Shown one piece after another: positions 58,569 through 64,000 of a stretch of DNA of 64,000 nucleotides. The position numbers and the translations under genes are program-made. Where the stretch lies: NCBI GenBank assembly GCA_043757025.1, contig JAYVQG010000171.1:1833-65832 (forward strand), given 5' to 3'. Every line of letters begins with the position of its first letter. Position 1 is the first letter of the stretch. Origin of the DNA: Limnoglobus sp. GTDB lineage: Bacteria > Planctomycetota > Planctomycetia > Gemmatales > Gemmataceae. The notes beneath the pieces were generated by a model. It saw only the letters and a program-made list of their open reading frames with translations, made no database searches and was not told where the DNA came from.

Positions 58569-59588
58569 TTACGTCAGTTGCCATTTCAGCATTTTCCAGC
58601 TATCGCTGATGCGGGAATTGACGCCGAGTGCGGCGGCGACTTCGTAGCCGCTGTGCATCATGCAGTGTTCGCAGCGCGGGTCTTTGCCGTAGCCGTAGCT
58701 GCTCCAATCGGTGTCGTTCATCAGGCCGTCGAAGCTCTCGTGGTGCGTATCGGTAATCAGATAGCACGGCCCTTTCCAGCCCTTGACGTTGCGAGTCGGG
58801 CTGGCCCACGCGGCACACGTCAGTTCGCGCTTGCCTTGCAGAAACTCCTTGTACACCGGCGACGTGTTCATTTTGTACTTGCGGAACAGGCCATCCGCCT
58901 GGTTGAACTTCTCCATGATCTGCTGGCGGGTGAGGAAGATCTCAGCTGCGCCGTCGGGGTTGGTGCTGCACACGGCGGCGTAACCGTAGGCGGGCGACAG
59001 CATGAAACCATCGACGCCGAGCTTCGTGAGGTAGGCGTAAAGCTCGTCCAGTTCCGCCATGTTCGTTTCTTTGTAAACCGTCGTGTTCGTACAGACGAGG
59101 TGCCCGGCCGCCTTCGCGGCTTTGATGCCTTCGATCGCTTCCTTGAACACGCCCTTGCGCTCCACGGCGATGTCGTGCGATTCTTCGAGGCCGTCGATGT
59201 GGATGTTGAAAAACATCCGGCTCGTCGGGCGGAACAGGTGCAGTTTCTTGCGGAGGAACACGCCGTTGGTGCAGAGGTAAATGTGCTTGCGGCGTTTCAG
59301 GATGCCGCGAACGAGTTCGCCGATCTCGGGGTAAATCAGCGGCTCGCCACCGCAGATGCTGACGATCGGCGCGCCGGCTTCTTCGACCGATTCCAGGCAC
59401 TCGGCCACCGAGAGTTTTTCCTTGATCGTCGATTCGTACTCGCGGATGCGCCCACAACCGGTACACGTGAGGTTGCAGGCGTGCAGCGGTTCGAGCATCA
59501 TCACCAGTGGGAAACGCTTCACGCGCTTTAGCTTCTTGGTCACCATGTAACCCGCCATGTCGGCGGTCAGGCTCAGTGGGAATCGCAT
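58569..59588 (-). CDS. hpnH: Adenosyl-hopene transferase (radical SAM)
   Basis: FPLVMMLEPLHACNLTCTGCGRI, GGEPL, LCTN, YGKDPRCEHCMMHSGYE. Confidence 0.96.
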   Translation of the reverse strand: MRFPLSLTADMAGYMVTKKLKRVKRFPLVMMLEPLHACNLTCTGCGRIREYESTIKEKLSVAECLESVEEAGAPIVSICGGEPLIYPEIGELVRGILKRRKHIYLCTNGVFLRKKLHLFRPTSRMFFNIHIDGLEESHDIAVERKGVFKEAIEGIKAAKAAGHLVCTNTTVYKETNMAELDELYAYLTKLGVDGFMLSPAYGYAAVCSTNPDGAAEIFLTRQQIMEKFNQADGLFRKYKMNTSPVYKEFLQGKRELTCAAWASPTRNVKGWKGPCYLITDTHHESFDGLMNDTDWSSYGYGKDPRCEHCMMHSGYEVAAALGVNSRISDSWKMLKWQLT

Positions 59589-59615
59589 GTCGTCTCCGTG
59601 TAGGTTCGTCGCAGG

Positions 59616-61619
59616 TTACCGGTCGTTCGTCAAATGGTTTTGCAGTTCGCGCGGTCGTCGTGTGGTGGAGCGGGTGCGGGTTTCGTGCGCGTCGAGGTAG
59701 CGCCCGAGCGCCATGAGCGGGAAGTACAGCGGGTACATGTGGTACTTCAGGTAGAAGACCTTGGGGAAGCCGGTGCCGGTGAACGGGCGTTCGGGCCAGC
59801 TACCTTCGGCGTCGTGGTTGCCGACGAGATATTCGACGCCCGCGCAGACTTCCGGCCCTTCGCCTTCGCCTGCGGAAATCAACCCGAGAATCGCCCACGA
59901 CGTCTGCGATGCGGTCGATTCGCCTTGTCCCGCTAGGCGTGGGTCGTCGTAACTGCCGCAGGTTTCACCCCAACCGCCGTCGGCATTTTGCGCGACTTTC
60001 AGCCAACGCACCGCACGGCGCACGGCGGGGATCGTCGTGTCGAAATGAACCGCGGCCAGCCCGACGAGCACTTGCCACGTGCCGTAGATGTAGTTCACGC
60101 CCCAACGCCCGAACCACGAACCATCGGTTTCTTGCGTTCGCAAAATGAACGCGATCGCGGCATCGACGTGTGGCTCACCGACACGGGCACCGTAGTGCGA
60201 CAGGCTCTCCAGGATGCGGGCGGTGATGTCCGGGCAACTCGGGTCGAGCATCGCGTTGTGGTCCGCGAACGGGATCTTCGTCAAAATTTCCTTGTTGATA
60301 TTCCGGTCGAACGCTGCCCAACCGCCGTCGTCGTTCTGCATCGCCCGCAGCCAGTCGATCCCACGGCGAACCGCCGGAACACTCGTATGCCCCGTCTTCG
60401 CCAATGCGATCAGCACCATCGAGGTATCGTCGGTATCGGGGTAGTAGGCGTTGCGATACTCGAAGAACCAACCGCCCGGCGCGACCGGCTTTGCGGACTT
60501 CGTCCAGTCGCCCGGCGTGCGAACTTCCTTGGCGAGCAGCCAATCGATCGCCGCCACCGATTCGCTCGCATCGGGTGACAGCCCCGCGTCGGTCGCGCCG
60601 ATCAGCGAGAGTGCCGTGTCCCAAACCGGCGACAGGCAAGGTTGCAACCGCAGCGTTTCGCCGTCGTCGATGCCGAGGTCTTCGAGTTGTTTCATCGCCC
60701 AGCGAAATTCCGCATCGTCTTCGCGGATGCCGATGCACTTCAACACGATGACGGTAAAGACCATCGGCGGGTAGATCGCGCCGAGGCCATCGCTGTTCTG
60801 GAATCGCTCGCGCATCCAGGCGATCGCCTTCCGCATCGCCATTCGGCGGAACGGCGTCAGGTGGCAACGCTCGACGAGTTTCAGACCCGCGTCGATCTTC
60901 AGGAACAGATTCGCCCACGAGTACCGCGCCGGTTTCACCGCAGGTTTCCACGGCGTCGCGGGGTCGGCGAGGAACAGTTCGCGGATGCCCATCGATGCCG
61001 GCAGTTCGCGCACCGGCTTGTAGGCATTGACGGCGGCGAGCGGCACCACGATCGTGCGGCTCCATGCGGACATCGCGTAAATGTTGAAATAGAACCAGCG
61101 CGGCAACAGCATCATCTCGACGGGAACCGTTGGGCAGTTCGCGTACGGAATTTGCCCGAGCAGCGCGAAGTAGAATCGCGTGAAACTGTTCGCGACCGCC
61201 GCACCGCCGAGGTGACGAATGCACTCCGCCGCGCGGCGCATCAGTGGCTCGTCCGCCGTATGGCCCGCGATTTTCAGCGCGAAGTACGCCTTCGCAGACA
61301 CGCTGACTTCCGCCGGCCCACCGGGGTAGTTCGGCCATCCGCCATCGGGTAACTGTTTGCGTAACAGATACTTCGCGAGTTTGGGAATCTGCGGATCGGA
61401 TTCTTTGCCCAGAAATGCGAGTAACAGCACGTATTCCGATTCGAGAATCGTGTCGCCTTCGAGTTCGCCGACCCAGTGACCGTCGCGACGTTGCAGCGAA
61501 AGCAGATGGGTCCGACCGCGATCGAGGCTCTCGCGAACGACCTCCCGCAACGCTTCGGCGCGGGGCGTATCGATTGTAGGGTGCGAATGTAGGGCCACGG
61601 GAATCCTTTCCGAACGCAA
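59616..61619 (-). CDS. shc: Squalene-hopene cyclase
   Basis: ELEGDTILESE, SPVWDT, YPDTDDT (DxDD), QW repeats (QNDDGGW, QETDGSW), YFPLMALG. Start uncertain. Confidence 0.97.
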   Translation of the reverse strand: MRSERIPVALHSHPTIDTPRAEALREVVRESLDRGRTHLLSLQRRDGHWVGELEGDTILESEYVLLLAFLGKESDPQIPKLAKYLLRKQLPDGGWPNYPGGPAEVSVSAKAYFALKIAGHTADEPLMRRAAECIRHLGGAAVANSFTRFYFALLGQIPYANCPTVPVEMMLLPRWFYFNIYAMSAWSRTIVVPLAAVNAYKPVRELPASMGIRELFLADPATPWKPAVKPARYSWANLFLKIDAGLKLVERCHLTPFRRMAMRKAIAWMRERFQNSDGLGAIYPPMVFTVIVLKCIGIREDDAEFRWAMKQLEDLGIDDGETLRLQPCLSPVWDTALSLIGATDAGLSPDASESVAAIDWLLAKEVRTPGDWTKSAKPVAPGGWFFEYRNAYYPDTDDTSMVLIALAKTGHTSVPAVRRGIDWLRAMQNDDGGWAAFDRNINKEILTKIPFADHNAMLDPSCPDITARILESLSHYGARVGEPHVDAAIAFILRTQETDGSWFGRWGVNYIYGTWQVLVGLAAVHFDTTIPAVRRAVRWLKVAQNADGGWGETCGSYDDPRLAGQGESTASQTSWAILGLISAGEGEGPEVCAGVEYLVGNHDAEGSWPERPFTGTGFPKVFYLKYHMYPLYFPLMALGRYLDAHETRTRSTTRRPRELQNHLTNDR

Positions 61620-61766
61620 CGCTTGAAAACCCGCTACGTGCTTCTCACGGTACGGAAAGCCCGCGTGAAGTCGACGTTTCGCGAAGCGCGGGGCGCGAAC
61701 ATCCGACGCATCGTGCCTCCCGCGCTTCGCTCCGAAGATTACGCGGCGCGGCTAAACGAATGAAGA

Positions 61767-62186
61767 TTATCCGGCCCAGTTCTCTGTAATCAGACCTGGC
61801 ACTCGATGGAAGTGACGGAGGTTGCGCGTGACGAGAATGTCGCGTCGCGACAACGCAATACTGGCGATGAGCAAGTCTGCCCTTCCGATTTTTTTCAGCT
61901 TCTTGTTCTGCTGTAGTTTCGCAAACTCCGACGCCGCAGCAGTATCGATCGATTCGACGGGTATGCGAGCGAGCAGTTCCTTACTCTTCTGGAGTAGATC
62001 TTGTGCCCGCAATAGCTGTTGTTGGTCCGCGGCCTTCAGCAGAAAAGCAAATCGCCCTTGGCAAATCTCGATTTCCGTGATGACTGTCGTAGAAATGTTT
62101 TCTTGACCCGCCTGCTCGATACGCTCCACGACTCGCGAGTGACCGAGATGAAACAATGTCAACGTATCGGTATCGAGTAAAAACAT
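61767..62186 (-). CDS. vapC: PIN-domain toxin (VapC family)
   Basis: FLLDTD, ITEIE, DLLIASIAL, LVTRNLRHF..VPGL..ENW. Confidence 0.93.
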   Translation of the reverse strand: MFLLDTDTLTLFHLGHSRVVERIEQAGQENISTTVITEIEICQGRFAFLLKAADQQQLLRAQDLLQKSKELLARIPVESIDTAAASEFAKLQQNKKLKKIGRADLLIASIALSRRDILVTRNLRHFHRVPGLITENWAG

Positions 62187-62527
62187 CAGCCTTCCTCAGT
62201 CGCGGATCGACCGCGTTCGCGATAGATCGATTCGAGCATTTCCACCGCGTGTGGGTCACCGGCAATCGCACCCGCGAACGAAAGTATGCCTGTTTTCGGT
62301 GGGCTGTTTTTGAGCCAATCATGCAATGCGAGTTTGAGGAAACGCCAATTTTCGCCGATGCGACGACCGGGCAAGCCCTGTTCGTCGACGAGCGACAAGA
62401 CCTCATCGGGGGTGATTCGCAAAAAGGTCGCCGTCTCGAGTAGTGTCAATACCTCAACCTGCGAATCGATCGTGCCGTTTTGAGCCTCGATATGTGTCTT
62501 CATTCGTGGCATCTCGATCACTTTCAT
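62186..62527 (-). CDS. Excisionase-like (HTH_17) DNA-binding protein, probable antitoxin
   Basis: LTLLETATFLRI...LPGRRIGENWRF; TGATG overlap with vapC. Start could be a few codons later. Confidence 0.8.
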   Translation of the reverse strand: MKVIEMPRMKTHIEAQNGTIDSQVEVLTLLETATFLRITPDEVLSLVDEQGLPGRRIGENWRFLKLALHDWLKNSPPKTGILSFAGAIAGDPHAVEMLESIYRERGRSATEEG

Positions 62528-62568
62528 TTCGAGTAATGGATGCGTGTCACGGCTTATTGTACATCGGT

Positions 62569-63735
62569 TTACGCCGCTTTTCGCGCGTGGAGGTCCAAGG
62601 TTCGGTTTCCCGAAATCGCAGTGAAGGCACGGCGGACTTGTTCGTGGCCGTCGCGTAAGAGGAAGTTCGAGTCGCGGCCTTTACTTTTGGCCCCGAGGAA
62701 GTAGTAACCTGGCTCCGATGCGACGATGTCGCCGCACGGTTCCGCGATGCGTAACTCCTGGCAGAGCGTCATGTCGGGGCGGTAACCCACGTTGGCAATG
62801 ACGCGATCGACTTCCCAACTCATCGGCTTCGTGCCGATGTGCCCGGCGACGCGGAAGCCTTTGTCTGGCCCGTGCGAAATCAGTTCGTCGATGCACATCT
62901 GCGCGTGATATTCGAGGTTGCTATCGCAGCGCGATGCCAGGCTGTTGCCGCGCACCGCGAGCTTGTCGCGTTCGCGCAGCGGGTCGTTCGGAATGCGCGG
63001 CAACGGCCCGCCACGCGGCCCGTGCGACAGCCAGATGACCCACGTCGATTGGTTCTCTTCGGCGAGTTCCGCGAGTTGGCACATCGTCGTTGCGCCGGAA
63101 TAGCCACCGCCGATCAGCACGATACTTTTGCCCGCATAATGAGGCTTTTTGTTGCCGAGGATCTCGTCGAGCCAGTACGAAACTTGCGGGCGCGCGACGA
63201 TCTCGCCGGCGGCGGGAATGCCGCCATCGCCCACCCAGTTCGGCTTGGAATAGGTGCCGGTACAATCGAGAACGACGTCCGCTACGTCGAACCGCTCGAC
63301 GCCTTTCGCATCGCGAACGAGCAACCGAAACGGCGGTAGTGGCTTCTTCGCATCGAGTGGATCGGTCTTCCGCCAACCGGTGCGGCCAATCGTCACTACC
63401 AGCGTTTGCAGTTGTAGCGAACTCTTCAGAAGTGCGGTTTCGGTAAGCGGAACGAGATACGTGTCGCGATAATCGCGTCCGGTTTGCACTTCGCTATCGG
63501 GCGGGAATTCGAGCGTCGGTTCTTCGCGAAGCAGTACGTTCTTACCGAGCGTCGTGACGTTCGCGCCGAACGCGGTGAACATCTTGATGTGGCCCCAGCG
63601 CAGCACGTGTTCCGCGACTTGCCCGGAGTCGTAGACCGTCGTCGGGTGGCCGAGCGTGCGGGCGTAAATGGCCGCTTCCAGCCCGATCGGGCCAGCGCCT
63701 AAAATGGCAATTCGCGGTAGTGTCGGCTTCGTCAT
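62569..63735 (-). CDS. FAD/NAD(P)-dependent oxidoreductase (flavin monooxygenase-like)
   Basis: GAGPIGLEAA, DVVLDCTG, IGGGYSG, ANVGYRPD, YFLGAKS; start placed at ATG 63735. Confidence 0.88.
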   Translation of the reverse strand: MTKPTLPRIAILGAGPIGLEAAIYARTLGHPTTVYDSGQVAEHVLRWGHIKMFTAFGANVTTLGKNVLLREEPTLEFPPDSEVQTGRDYRDTYLVPLTETALLKSSLQLQTLVVTIGRTGWRKTDPLDAKKPLPPFRLLVRDAKGVERFDVADVVLDCTGTYSKPNWVGDGGIPAAGEIVARPQVSYWLDEILGNKKPHYAGKSIVLIGGGYSGATTMCQLAELAEENQSTWVIWLSHGPRGGPLPRIPNDPLRERDKLAVRGNSLASRCDSNLEYHAQMCIDELISHGPDKGFRVAGHIGTKPMSWEVDRVIANVGYRPDMTLCQELRIAEPCGDIVASEPGYYFLGAKSKGRDSNFLLRDGHEQVRRAFTAISGNRTLDLHARKAA

Positions 63736-63888
63736 GTTGCCAGTGTAACGCGATCCGCCAAACGGACGCAACCGCGAACGCGCGCGCGATCCTATGGGTG
63801 ATGCGCACGCGCTCCGCTTCGCAAAGCCTTCGCGTCGCGGCAAATTCCAAACGCGCGTCGCGGCGAATTCCGATTTTCCCAGATCGCG

Positions 63889-63916
63889 TTGACACCGGGA
63901 GAACTGACGCTATTGT
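63889..63916 (+). promoter_or_regulatory. Sigma70-type promoter candidate
   Basis: TTGACA-N16-TATTGT upstream of the ATG at 63956. Confidence 0.5.
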
Positions 63917-63955
63917 TCGCGACCCGAGCCGTTGCACCACAGAGGGTTTGCTCCC

Positions 63956-64000
63956 ATGACTGACCCGATGGCGATGCGGTCGAAATTATCGTTAGAAGGG
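63956..64000 (+). CDS. 5' end of a gene running off the window
   Basis: ATG after GAGGG; MTDPMAMRSKLSLEG is open to the window end. Confidence 0.4.
   Translation, partial: MTDPMAMRSKLSLEG

Noticed and set aside
1-64000. tRNA, rRNA, prophage, integrase or transposase genes
   Set aside because: No diagnostic motifs were recognised by eye; tRNAscan-SE and ISEScan would be needed to exclude them formally.

Overview
64 kb of a GC-rich chromosome that looks like a planctomycete of the Gemmataceae type. This is inferred from PSD1/DUF1553-DUF1549, DUF4058, TIGR02999 and membrane-anchored ECF sigma factors, PEP-CTERM proteins and hopanoid genes. Core genes: prmC, rpsL-rpsG followed by a divergent EF-G, a second EF-G paralog about 8 kb further on (no tuf), ung, argJ, lactate permease, a nucleoside-type MFS transporter and shc-hpnH-hpnG. 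Accessory material: a 1684-aa ECF sigma factor with three APVPK-initiated beta-propeller modules, two PEP-CTERM paralogs, a Ser/Thr kinase-ECF locus with a DUF4058 gene between 108-bp direct repeats, a binding-protein/histidine-kinase pair, and toxin-antitoxin genes and remnants. There is also an AT-richer island (about 54.2-57.3 kb) encoding a divergent nitrilase-fold protein, a MarR-like winged-helix protein and an unknown protein. Non-coding structure includes GTAG-type REP hairpins in mixed-type inverted doublets with compensatory stem changes, and two copies of an 88-bp intergenic element. No rRNA, tRNA, CRISPR array, integrase or transposase was recognised. All family assignments come from motif recognition by eye, with no database searches.
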